Origin: an uncultured Candidatus Entotheonella sp. | GTDB lineage: Bacteria > Tectomicrobia > Entotheonellia > Entotheonellales > Entotheonellaceae | Direction of reading: 5' to 3' | DNA: 64,000 nucleotides | NCBI GenBank assembly: GCA_965217185.1 | Contig: OZ244252.1 | Location: 1,984,001-2,048,000 of the forward strand | Made by a program: the position numbers and the translations under genes | Shown here: one piece after another, positions 36,861 through 47,475 of the stretch | How positions within the stretch are numbered: the stretch's first letter is position 1 | How the letters are laid out: each line of letters opens with the position of its first letter | Notes under the pieces: model-generated | Told to the model about the DNA's origin: nothing | What the model saw: the letters and a program-made list of their open reading frames with translations, nothing else | Database searches by the model: none

Positions 36861-37550
36861 TTAGGCGTCGAGCCCCAGGTATTGCAGCACCGCCTGTTGG
36901 TCACTCAGATCGACAAAACAATGGTCCGGCGCATGGGCTTGCAGCTCTTCGAGGGAATAATTGCCCGTCGCCACCGCCACGGCCTGCACCCCGTGCGCCC
37001 GCGCGCAGTCAATGTCGCGCGGCGTGTCGCCGATCACAAAGATACGCTCCGGCGCGATGTAGGTCACGCAGTACTGCCGGGCGCGAAGTTGGGCTACCGG
37101 CACCAGGGCCTTGCGGTCCTCGTTGTCGCTGCCGTAGGCGCCGATGCGGAAGTAGTGCAGGATGCCGAACGACTCCAGCTTGAGTTGTGCGCCGGTCACG
37201 ACATTGCCGGTCAGCAGCCCCAGGACAACGTTCTCGTTGGCCGCCATGGCGTCAAGCAACCCCGGCAGCCCCGGCTTGAGGTGACGCGGACGGTCGGACT
37301 CGTTCAGGGTGTCCTTCAGATGGCCGGCGTAACAGTCGTAAAACGCCTTCAAATCGCGCTGTGCCGGGTCGATGCCGGCCGTATCCCAGGCTTCCCGCAG
37401 AATCGCCGGATCGGTCTTGCCGGACATCTCGATGCCGGCAAAGGCGTCGGCAACGCCGTGGATTTCTTCGAAGGCTCTGCCCATGGCATCCCCCCCTGCG
37501 AGGCCGGTGCTCACGAGGGTGCCGTCGATATCGAAAAGGATGAGGGTCAT
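36861..37550 (-). CDS. HAD-family hydrolase (phosphoglycolate phosphatase-like)
   Basis: LFDIDGTL, TGN and IGDTPRD motifs. Confidence 0.9.
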   Translation of the reverse strand: MTLILFDIDGTLVSTGLAGGDAMGRAFEEIHGVADAFAGIEMSGKTDPAILREAWDTAGIDPAQRDLKAFYDCYAGHLKDTLNESDRPRHLKPGLPGLLDAMAANENVVLGLLTGNVVTGAQLKLESFGILHYFRIGAYGSDNEDRKALVPVAQLRARQYCVTYIAPERIFVIGDTPRDIDCARAHGVQAVAVATGNYSLEELQAHAPDHCFVDLSDQQAVLQYLGLDA

Positions 37551-37641
37551 GCTCACCGGATTTCCTCCTAAGGGGTATAAGAGACATCCCTAACCTTCCT
37601 TAAATCAATCACTTGTCCCGCATAAAGGTCATTTGTCCGCG

Positions 37642-38701
37642 TTATTGTCCGTGTTGCGGCCTGAACAGCCGCTCCGCATAGGCGCGCTGGTCCGATTCCG
37701 TCACGATGTTGTAGCGGTCGAACATGGCGCGCGACTTGTGGCCCGTGATAGAGACATCATGACCTTTTCGGGGATGCCTTCGAGGGCCATGCAACGCGCC
37801 GCACCGCGACGCAGACTGTGAAACCGCCGATGCCCCAGCCCGGACTGATGACAAGCCTTGAGCCAAACTTCATAGAAATTCTTGAGTTGATGTCCGTTGC
37901 GATGGAAAACGTGGAGAGCAAGTGCCCGCCCTATCTTGCGGCTCTGCCACCGCCGCTCGATCAGCGCCGCCAGCTCCCCTTGCAGTACTAAGACACGGAC
38001 ATCCCGCCCCTTATTTTGTGCCGGCTCCATCCGGACCACAGCACCGGAACGGTCTACATTATTCCACTGAAGGCCGACGATTTCACCTTTCCGCCAGCCT
38101 GTCAGGAAGCCAAACAGAACGACATCCCTCAGATATTCGGGAAGGTGCGGGAGCAGCAGGTTGACTTCCTCACGGGTGAAAAATTCGTTGCACACCCCCA
38201 GTTCCGGCAAACGCTGGATGGACGGTTTCCTCGAAACGAGGTCATGCTGGTATCCGAGACTGAAAGCCCTGCGTAGGACGTTCATTTCTCGGTTGATCGT
38301 TTCGGGTTTGCGTCCCGCCCGCTGTCTGGCTGCCATGTACTGGCTGCCATGTAATGGGTAATAACTAGGCCGGTACAGGCGTCAACCGTGTATCCAGCAA
38401 AACACTGACGCAACCGCCGCAATATCGAGCCGTTGGCTGGGCTTGTACGATTCTTGAGCTGGTATTCTTGCTCAACCAGATCAAACAGGTCCTGCATCAT
38501 GACGACCCGTGTTACCGTCCGTGTTGGCAGAAGCTGATGAGGAACCGTGCCCGCCGCCACCTCTCCGATGCGCTGCCGCAATAACCTGACCGCATCTTTA
38601 CGCTCCCGCGACTTCGACGACTCACGGTATTCCCGTCCGTTGCAATCGTACGCGACCCACCAAATCGAACCGCGTTGGAAAACTCTTCCATTACCTCGCA
38701 T
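37642..38701 (-). pseudogene. tyrosine recombinase/phage integrase, frameshifted in three pieces
   Basis: N-terminus MRGNGRVFQRGSIWW, core TGWRKGEI and FHSLRR, C-terminus ITGHKSRAMFDRY in another frame; a 14-bp tandem duplication (TGGCTGCCATGTAC) near 38327-38353 causes one shift. Confidence 0.88.
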
Positions 38702-39056
38702 GCTGCCTCCTTTGCAGGGGCAGTGCCGCGGCCATTTTAGCCGCCTGATGCTCGGCAATCCATTCTTCCAGACCACGGGCTGAAAAACGGTGGACTCTGC
38801 CTATCTGAAAGGCGAAGGGCAGCGATTCGATATTGTCGCGTACCCACTTGGTGGAAGTGCCGAGGCGGCTGGCGATTTCGTCGGTGTTCAGGAGGTAATC
38901 GGTCTCGGGAAGGACGGTTCGTTGTTGGAGTGCGAGGATGCGGGCGTACAGGGCCCTTTGCAGGGCGGCGGCAAGAGGCAGCAAGTTCACGATGTCGTCA
39001 GCTTCATAGCCGGGTATCTCAGCGAGCAGCCTCTGAAGTTGCTGTCCTGGGGACAT
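38691..39056 (-). CDS. excisionase-like HTH protein
   Basis: LLNTDEIASRLGTSTKWV...RF....LEEWI; immediately upstream of the integrase. Confidence 0.75.
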   Translation of the reverse strand: MSPGQQLQRLLAEIPGYEADDIVNLLPLAAALQRALYARILALQQRTVLPETDYLLNTDEIASRLGTSTKWVRDNIESLPFAFQIGRVHRFSARGLEEWIAEHQAAKMAAALPLQRRQHAR

Positions 39057-39151
39057 CGTTCCCCTTCTATCTATCAGCTTGTCTGCGTCGCATTTTCCTA
39101 TGAAGAGCATCCTGTAGGTAGGGGTATTGGTCTCGTTAGAGTGATTTGCCT

Positions 39152-40638
39152 GAGCCTTTTGCAAAACTGTGGAGTCGTCGGGGATTATTGAGGGTAAGAG
39201 GTTGACTTGAACGGGACAGGCTGTCTTTGCTTCATGTCATGTATTGTGCGACCACCACGTGAAGGAGAAAACGGCCATGTCCCTGCGTACGATCCTATCG
39301 AATTACGGCTTCGCCTTGCAACGAGAGCTTTTCCCCACGCTCGAAGAAGAACTCGGTCCCTTGGGCGAGCGCTACGAGTTATTCGTCACGGTACTCGGGT
39401 TCGTACCGGTTGAGCCATTCCTGACGTGCTGGCGTGGCTTGCCGGGGCGCCCGCAGGCGGATCGTGCGGCGCTGGCACGAGCCTTCAGCGCCAAGGCGGT
39501 GTTCGCCATCTCGACCACCCGCGCGCTCGTTGAGCACCTTGTCATCGACCGGCCGCTGCGTCGCCTGTGCGGCTGGAGCCAGGGCGCGGCGGTCCCCAGC
39601 GCGGCGACCTTCGCGCGGGCCTTCAGCGACTTCGCTGACAGCGCCTTGCCAAGCCGCCTGCACGAGGCGCTGATCGACAAGACCTTGCGCGATCATCTGG
39701 TCGGCCACGTCTCACGCGATTCGACGGCGATCTTGGGGCGCGAGAAGCCAGCCCCGAAGCCGCACCAAGCGGCTACGCCGAAACGCCGCCGCGGGCGACC
39801 GCGCAAGGCTGAACAACGACCGAACAAGGCGCCCCGAAGGCTGGCGCGCCAGTCCAACATGATCCTGCCGGAGAGGCTCGCCGACCTGCCACGCACCTGT
39901 GATGTTGGCGTCAAGCGGGACGCCAAGGGACATCAGGAATCATGGAACGGCTACAAGTTGCATATCGACGCAGCCGATGGCGGCGTTCCACTCAGTTGCA
40001 TCCTGACCTCGGCCTCGTTGCATGACAGCCAAGTGGCGATTCCCCTGGCGACCCTGACGGCCGCACGAGTCACCAACCTCTATGACCTGATGGACTCGGC
40101 TTGTGACGCGCCCGAGATCAGAGCGCACCGTGAGTCGCTGGGGCATGTTGCAATCATCGACGCCAATCCCCGCAGTGCTTCGCGTAAGCTGGAACGCAAG
40201 ACCGCGGCGCGGGCGCAGCGTACCGTCGGCCACGTGTACGCCGAGCAGTTACGCTACCGTGAGCGCACCACCGTCGAGCGTGTCAAGGGTCGTCTCAAGG
40301 ACGAGTTCGGCGCTCGCCAAGTCCGCGTGCGAGGTCACGCCAAGGTGCTGTGCCACCTGATGTTCGGCATTGTGGCGCTGGCGGTGTCGCAGTTGATGCG
40401 CCTGTTGAACTGAAACCGACTTGCTTCCACCCCTCACCTCTTGCAGGCGTCCTGTCTCGGCAGGGCCACACCGGACAGGTTTGCTCATACACCGTCAAGG
40501 AAACCTCATTGTCGCTGGATTGTGGCCGCTGAGAAGTGCTGCAGATGCCCTGACGACGTATCCGATGCCGAAACATCCCCAAATATCAAATCCGAATACT
40601 TCGCTCTCGACGTTCCGTTAGGGTTTTGCAAGTGGCTC
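39152..40638 (+). mobile_element. IS1182-like insertion sequence, copy 1 (transposase 39277-40413)
   Basis: TIRs GAGCCTTTTGCAAAAC / GTTTTGCAAGTGGCTC; DDE transposase motifs (RDST, GYKLH, MDS, VER). Confidence 0.85.
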
Positions 40639-40642
40639 GGAG

Positions 40643-42120
40643 GAGCCTTTTGCAAAACTGTGGATGCAGGGGAGTTGTTGAGGGCAAGAGGTTGAAGTAA
40701 CGGGACAGGCCGCCTTTGCCTGAAATCATGTGTTGTGCAACCACTACATGATGGAGAGAACGGCCATGTCCCTTCGTGAAATCCTGTCGAATTACTGGTT
40801 CGTCTTTCAACGGGAGCTTTTCCCTGCGCTCGAAGAAGAGATCGGTCCCCTGGGGGAGCGCTACGAGTTGTTCGTCACGGTGCTCGAGTTCGTGCGGGTT
40901 GAGCGATTCCTGACGTCTTTCCACGCCCTGCCAGGACGCCCGCAGGAGGACCGAGCGGCGCTGGCGCGCGCCTTTATCGCCAAGGCGGTGTTTCAACTCC
41001 CGACCACCCGGGCTCTGATCGAGCGGCTGGCAGTCGACCGACCGCTGCGTCGCTTGTGCGGCTGGAGTCGTCTTGGGCAGGTCCCGAGCGCGGCGACCTT
41101 CTCTCGCGCTTTTAGCACCTTCGCTGACAGTGCCTTGCCGAGCCGCCTGCATGAGGCCCTCATCGAGAAGACCATGCAGGGTCATCTGGTCGGCCACGTG
41201 TCACGCGATTCGACGGCCATCAAGGGGCGCGAGAAACCGACGCCGAAGCCGCCGGCCAAGCCGAAACGGGGGCGTGGCCGACCGCGCAGGGGCGAGCAAC
41301 ACCCGAGCACCGCCGTCTGCAACGTCAGCCGCAGATGACCCTGCCGCAGATGCTCGAGGACCTGCCACGCGCCTGTGACGTCGGCGTCAAGCGCAACGCC
41401 AAGGGATATCAGGAATCCTGGGTCGGCTACAAGCTGCCTATCGACGCAGCCGATGGCGCCGTTCCGCTCAGTTGCATCCTGACCTCGGCCTCGCTGCATG
41501 ACAGCCAGGCTGCGATTCCCTTGGCAACCCTGACGGCGGCACGGGTCACCAATCTCCATGACCTGATGGACTCAGCCTGTGATGCGCCCGAGATCAGGGC
41601 GCACAGCGAGTCGCTGGGGCATGTTGCGCTCATCGACGTCAATCCGCGCAATGCCGCGCGCAAGCTGGAACTGAAGACGGAGACGCAGGCACAACGCGCC
41701 GCCGGCCACGTGTACCCCGAACACCTGCGCTACCGTGAGCGCACGACGGTCGAGCGGGTTAACGGTCGGCTCAAGGATGAGTTTGGCGCCCGCCAGATAG
41801 GCGTGCGCGGGCACGCCAAGGTGCTGTGCCACCTGATGTTTGGCATCCTGGCGCTGACGGTGACACAGTTGCTGCGCCTGCTAAACTGACCTCGACCTGG
41901 TGCCATCCATCTATTGCAGGCTGCACGCTCTCCTGGCAGGGGAGTCACGGGACAGCGTTGTCCGCACACCGCAACGGATGCCGAATCGTCTGTGGATTTT
42001 GGCCAACTTGCAACACCGGAGCCGTCCTGGCGGCGTATCCGGCGCAGAAATGTTACCAAATCGTTGCTTTTTTAACGTCTGCCGCTCGCTCCTGACGCTA
42101 CAGGGTTTTGCAAGTGGCTC
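40643..42120 (+). mobile_element. IS1182-like insertion sequence, copy 2 (transposase 40766-41889, frameshifted near 41300)
   Basis: Same TIRs; split ORFs 40730-41338 and 41335-41889 are homologous to copy 1. Confidence 0.85.
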
Positions 42121-42243
42121 GGTGAATCGGATTGCTCAGTCGTCACACCGCCGAGCGGCGACACTCGGTGACAGACTGAGAGGCAACATGACCGCCCCGA
42201 TATGAAGCTGGGAAGCCGAGGCGCTTCGACTTGCATGACATTC

Positions 42244-43739
42244 GAGCCACTTGCAGAATTGCGTGTACGAGTGGGATTTTCTTTCTCCGTGTCAAGCACG
42301 GGGCAGGCTCTGGGGCTGATTGGTGGACATTGGGGCCGCTTTCTGATTCTGTTGAGTTGTCAAACAACCGAATCAGGAGGAACGACCCCAATGGCCTTAC
42401 GTGAGATACTATCGAGTTACTGGTCTTGCTTTCAAGCGCTGCTGTTCCCGCAGCTTGAGGAAACGATCGGGGCGCTGGGGGAACGCCATCAGCGCTTCGT
42501 CATGGTGCTCGAATGGGTGCGGGTGGAAACGCTGCTGCCGTACCAGCACCGGCGTCGCGGCTGTCCGCCAAGCGACCGCGCGGCCTTAGCCCGCGCCTTC
42601 ATCGCCAAGGCCGTCTTCGCGCTGGTTAGCACCCGGATGTTGCTTGATCGTCTGCGCCACGACAGCACCCTGCGCCGGTTGTGCGGCTGGCGTAGCGTCA
42701 AGCACATTCCGAGCGAGGCGACGTTTTCACGTGCCTTTGCCGAATTTGCCGACAGCGCCTTGCCGAGCCACCTGCACGAGGCGCTGATCAAACGCACCCA
42801 GGGTGAGCGTCTGGCAGGCCATATTTCACGCGATTCGACGGCGATTGAAGGGCGCGAGAGACCGACCCCGAAGGCGCCGCAGCCGGCCAAGCCGAAGCGG
42901 CGGCGCGGGCGTCCGCGCAAGGGCGAGGAGCGCCCCACGGAGCCGCGCCGTCTGGAGCGCCAGCGCAACATGACCCTGCCGGAGATGCTCGCCGACTTGC
43001 CGTACGCCTGTGACATTGGCGTCAAGCGCGACGCCAAGGGCTATCAGACGTCATGGAGCGGCTACAAGTTGCATATTGACGCGGCCGACGGCGCCATCCC
43101 GGTCAGTTGCCTGCTTACCTCGGCGTCGCTGCACGACAGCCAAGTCGCCATCCCGCTGGCGACCCTGACGGCGGAGCGAGTCCGCAACCTGTATGACCTG
43201 ATGGACAGCGCCTACGATGCCCCGGAAATCCGCGCCCACAGCCGCGCCCTGGGTCATGTTGCGATCATCGACGTCAACCCCCGCAGCGGCGCGCGCAAGC
43301 AGGCGCTGCGGCAGGAGAGGCAGGCACGGCGTGCCTGTGGGTTGGTCCTGTCTGAGGAGAGACGTTACCACGAACGCTCGACCGTCGAGCGCGTCAATGG
43401 TCGCCTCAAGGATGAATTCGGAGGTCGCAGCGTGCGCGTGCGCGGCCATGCCAAGGTGCTGTGTCATCTGATGTTCGGGATTGTGGCGCTCACGGTTGAT
43501 CAGTTGATGCGCTTGGTGACCTGAAGCTGGTCTCGCGGCCCCGTTTCCTCCATCCCGGCACGCGCTGCTGTCCTGTACGCAGGGGGGAGAGTTGCGTCCG
43601 CATCGCAAGACGGGAGCCGGAACTCGGCACCGCCATGGCTGAATTCGTGGCAATTGGAACCACCGACGGCAAATGATTCACCGTACGGTCTCATGACAAC
43701 CGCTCCGAGGCCAAACTAGCGGAGTTTTGCAAGTGGCTC
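42244..43739 (+). mobile_element. IS1182-like insertion sequence, copy 3 (transposase 42391-43524, intact)
   Basis: TIRs GAGCCACTTGCAGAA / TTTTGCAAGTGGCTC flanked by a 4-bp direct repeat ATTC. Confidence 0.88.
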
Positions 43740-44065
43740 ATTCGTCAGAATTCGATGGTCGCGTGCCACAGGGGGTTGTTCCGGGGTCACTGTCGCCGAT
43801 GCCGCAGCATTGAAGGTGCCATCTTCAAGTGCGTTCACTTAGACCAGGAATGTTCGCAGAAGCTTGGCCAGTTGTAGCCAAATCGCCCTCGCATGGCCCT
43901 CAACACCCAAAGTTCTTAATCTCAAACGAAATGCACGTTAGAGGTGTGGTTTTGGTTGATCCCCTTTGTCGCTGGCTTACAATAGCGCTGAAGCGATGCC
44001 AAGGCATCCGCGGTGCAGGCGCGACGTCAACCCTGAACACCTACCGTAGAGCGAAGGAGAGGCTG

Positions 44066-45409
44066 ATGGCAGAAGCAATCCGAGTCGTGCACTACTTGAA
44101 CCAGTTTTTCGGCGGCATTGGCGGCGAAGCACAGGCCTACGAGCCGGTCCAGGTCAAACCGGGACCGGTAGGACCCGGTCGTGCGCTCCAGGGCGCCTTG
44201 GGCGACCAGGCGACGATTGTCGGGACCCTCATTGCGGGTGACAACTATTTTACGGAAGAGTTGGACGCTGCCAAGCCCGCGGTGGAAACATATCTTGACG
44301 AACTCAGGCCCGATGCGGTGATCGCGGGTCCGGCTTTTGACGCCGGACGATATGGGCTGGCTTGCGCGGAGGTGTGTCGTATCGCCGCCGCTCGAAACAT
44401 CCCTGCCGTTACGGGCATGCATCCTGACAACGCGGGAATCCTCACGTACCGGAAAGATTTACTAGCCGTATCGACTGGCACGGACAGCACCGAGATGGTT
44501 GCGATATTGCGCCAGATGGCTACGCTGGCCCTTAAACGGGTCGGCGGTACAGAGTTGGGACCGGCGGTCGCTGAGGGTTACGTCCCTACTGGCAGACGCC
44601 AAGAGGCGATGCACGACAAGTACGGTTATGAAAGAGCAGCCGACATGTTGCTGGCCCGCATGGCGGGGAAACCTTACAACTCTGAAATGTGCCTCACCGG
44701 ATACGACGACGTCGCACCCGCTCCACCGTTACGCGACCTGAAAGACGCCGTCATCGGGCTGGTCTCCAGCGGTGGCCTGGTGCCTCGCGGTAACCGGGAC
44801 CGCCTGGTGGGTTCCAAGGCGGAACAGTTTTTCAGATACGACATCGAGCAAGTCAGTTCCCTGACCGTGGAAGAATGGGAGTCGGTACACGGCGGCTTCG
44901 GCACCCTCATCCTCAACACCAAGGATCCCAATTACGCCATGCCCTTGAGTACCGTGCGTTATCTCGAAGACGCTGGGCACATCAAGCATGTCTACCCGCA
45001 GTTCTTCTCGACCACCGGCAACGCCACGGCGGTAAGCGCTGCCAGACGCATGGGCGGTGAGATTGCATCGGAACTGACCGCAAACCACGTGGATGGCGTT
45101 TTGCTGGTGGCCACGTGAGGCAGTTGTAACCGTTGCGGTGCAACGTTAGCCAAGGAAATTGAGAGGGCAGGAATTCCTGTGGGTATGATGACGGCCATGC
45201 CGGCCATTCCTCTTTCGGTGGGCGCCAGCCGTGTCGTTCGAGGTGTGCGTGTGCCCCACGTGTGCGGGGACCCGGCCTTATCCGAAGACAGAGACCACGA
45301 ACTCAGAGCACGCATCGTCACGACTGCCCTGAACGCCCTGACCACATCCGTATCCACGCCGACCCTCTTCGAGCCCGACCAGACGGTGCTGGAGGAGGTC
45401 GCACGATGA
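44066..45409 (+). CDS. glycine/sarcosine/betaine reductase selenoprotein B-like (Sec at TGA 45116-45118)
   Basis: VVHYLNQFFGGIGGE, GPAFDAGRYG and HGGF motifs; in-frame read-through VAT-U-GSCNRCGATLAKEIERAGIP gives the UxxCxxC motif; ends with ATGA overlap on the next gene. Confidence 0.9.
45119..45151 (+). promoter_or_regulatory. bacterial SECIS element
   Basis: Hairpin CGTTGC-GGT-GCAACG (45131-45145) with a G-containing apical loop just 3' of the in-frame UGA; GGC/GCC lower stem. Confidence 0.75.
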
Positions 45410-46701
45410 AACTTGAAGTCGGAACATTTCCGGTCCATGACATCGTGTTCGGAACCCAGACGCGCTGGCAAGACGGCGTCCTGAGCGTCGACAAAGACGA
45501 GCTTCTCGCCTTGGCCATGGAAGACCCCTATATCGCCTGGGCCGACATCGACGTGACTCGCCCCGGGGACTCGGTGCGCATTGTGCAAATCCGAGACATC
45601 GTTGAGCCAAAGGTCAAAGTATCCGGTCCGGGGGTCACCTATCCCGGTATCTCCGGGCGTGACGTGACCACCGTGGGGCAAGGCCGCACCCATCGCCTGG
45701 GTGGCATGACCCTCATCGCGTGCTCGGAAATGCCCGGTTTCAACCCCGACGGGGCGCACTGGTGGGGGACCACATCCGTCGAGGGCCGCAGCGACATTAC
45801 CTTTATCGATATGTCGGGACCGGGCGCCGCAACCCCTTTTGCCCACACCATCAACCTCTGTTTGCAAATGGAGCCTCATCAGGAATCCTATGCCGATGAC
45901 TGGAACCGGGCGAGCAATGCCGCCATGCTGAAGCTCAACGACCGTCTGGCGGAGACCACACGAGGCTTTGAACCGCCCGAGATCACCACGTACGATCTTG
46001 ACTATCGCGACGACGCCTTACCCAATGTCGTGTTTGTCCCGGCCTTGGCTTCGGCGGAGTACCGGTTCGGTCCACGTACCAGCCTGGGCACCAACGTATA
46101 CGGTATCGGGCGCCTCACCGAGCCCTGGCTTCTGCAACCCACGGAGATGATCGACGGCGCTGTATTCGGCACCTACATGGAACATTTTACCTGGCCCATC
46201 ATGGAAACGATCGTGCCCCACCTGTGCTCGCGTCATGGCCGGGACTTCAATTTCGTCGGTTGCATCGTGGTGCGCAGCAATTGGGAAGCCCAAGCCGAAA
46301 AACAGCTCATGGCAAACCGGGCGGCGCAGATGGCCTCTGCCCTAGGAGCCGACGGGGCCATTGTGACCACCAATCAGCGCGGTCAGCGCTTTGTGGAAAC
46401 GGTTCTCACGGTTCAGGCACTCGAACAGGTGGGGGTGGATACGGTCCTCATGACCGAAGAGGAAGACAACGAAAATGGCAATGCGCCGCCGTTGCTGATG
46501 TCCGTGCCGGAGATCATGTCAGCGGTGAGCACGGGGACCGGCGGCGTCGAGGTCACCTTTCCAAAGGTGAAGCGCGTTCTCGGGCTGCGCCAGCCTGGCC
46601 CACAATGGTACGAGGAAAAGCCGCCGATCCACGGCAGATACGGCGTTACCCATCTGCATGACTTTTACGGCTTTGGTAAGCAGGGGTGCGTGGATTTTTG
46701 A
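45406..46701 (+). CDS. GrdE/GrdI-like reductase component B proprotein subunit
   Basis: MKLEVGTFPVHDIVFG, PGDSVRI...DIVEPKVK, GQGRTHRL, IDMSGPGA and LGADGAIVT motifs. Confidence 0.85.
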   Translation: MKLEVGTFPVHDIVFGTQTRWQDGVLSVDKDELLALAMEDPYIAWADIDVTRPGDSVRIVQIRDIVEPKVKVSGPGVTYPGISGRDVTTVGQGRTHRLGGMTLIACSEMPGFNPDGAHWWGTTSVEGRSDITFIDMSGPGAATPFAHTINLCLQMEPHQESYADDWNRASNAAMLKLNDRLAETTRGFEPPEITTYDLDYRDDALPNVVFVPALASAEYRFGPRTSLGTNVYGIGRLTEPWLLQPTEMIDGAVFGTYMEHFTWPIMETIVPHLCSRHGRDFNFVGCIVVRSNWEAQAEKQLMANRAAQMASALGADGAIVTTNQRGQRFVETVLTVQALEQVGVDTVLMTEEEDNENGNAPPLLMSVPEIMSAVSTGTGGVEVTFPKVKRVLGLRQPGPQWYEEKPPIHGRYGVTHLHDFYGFGKQGCVDF

Positions 46702-46824
46702 CGTGCGTTTCGTTTGAGATGAAGAATTTTTCGGAGTGGAGGTCCCTGTGAGGGCGTTTTGGTTACAACTTCGATGGACTCCACGTCACCGCGGCCCGCA
46801 TTAAAGGGTCTCGGTCACACTCCC

Positions 46825-47094
46825 TCAACGTTTGCCCGTCTCCGAACGCGCCTCTTCTATCCATTCCGGTGGCCACGTTTTGATACGGAGGCTACGGTGT
46901 GTAAGGGCGATGGAACCATCGTCGAGGCGCTTTATCAGAAACGACGGGGTCTCGTCCAGCGTTTGCCAGTACTCGTGCGCCAAGGTGCTGCTCAATTCGT
47001 TCCAGTGCCGATCCGTCAGCAGGTCCTGCAATTCATCCCTCGAAATCGACAACTTATTGTCTAAATCGTTACCTCGCACCAGCCTTGCCGCCAT
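46825..47094 (-). CDS. hypothetical protein or gene fragment next to a MITE
   Basis: 89-aa ORF with plausible composition; no motif recognised. Confidence 0.3.
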   Translation of the reverse strand: MAARLVRGNDLDNKLSISRDELQDLLTDRHWNELSSTLAHEYWQTLDETPSFLIKRLDDGSIALTHRSLRIKTWPPEWIEEARSETGKR

Positions 47095-47149
47095 CTTCCT
47101 TCACCGGCGCACTGAGCATGCCAGCCTTGCGTCTGATCTTGAGCCGGCA

Positions 47150-47358
47150 GGGAAGTACCAAAAAGCGGGGGGCAATTGCAGATCTGTGCGGGTGATGGCA
47201 TAAGGTCCGTATGGCCAACCCGGAGGTATTTCCGAGCATTGTTCAACTGAAGGTCCGGCTGCTGGGCACCAGCCCCATGATCTGACGGCGAATGCTGGTG
47301 CCTGCATCCGTGTCGCTGCATGAGCTGCCTGAATGCCCCCGGCTTTTTGGTACTTCCC
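47150..47358. mobile_element. MITE related to ISKra4-family ends
   Basis: Perfect 16-bp TIR GGGAAGTACCAAAAAG / CTTTTTGGTACTTCCC; interior homologous to the copies at 58971 and 60724. Confidence 0.8.
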
Positions 47359-47475
47359 TATCTCCCTCCTGCTGTTGCAAAGACTGGTTTCACATTGAGG
47401 GAACGGCGACAATAAGCCTACGTTTGTGCAGGACGCTACGCAGCAGGGTAACACCCAGGACTGGAATTGTCTGAG

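Noticed and set aside
37560..37640. tRNA or att site next to the integrase
   Set aside because: No cloverleaf or tRNA 3' fragment was recognised and no matching direct repeat was found by eye.
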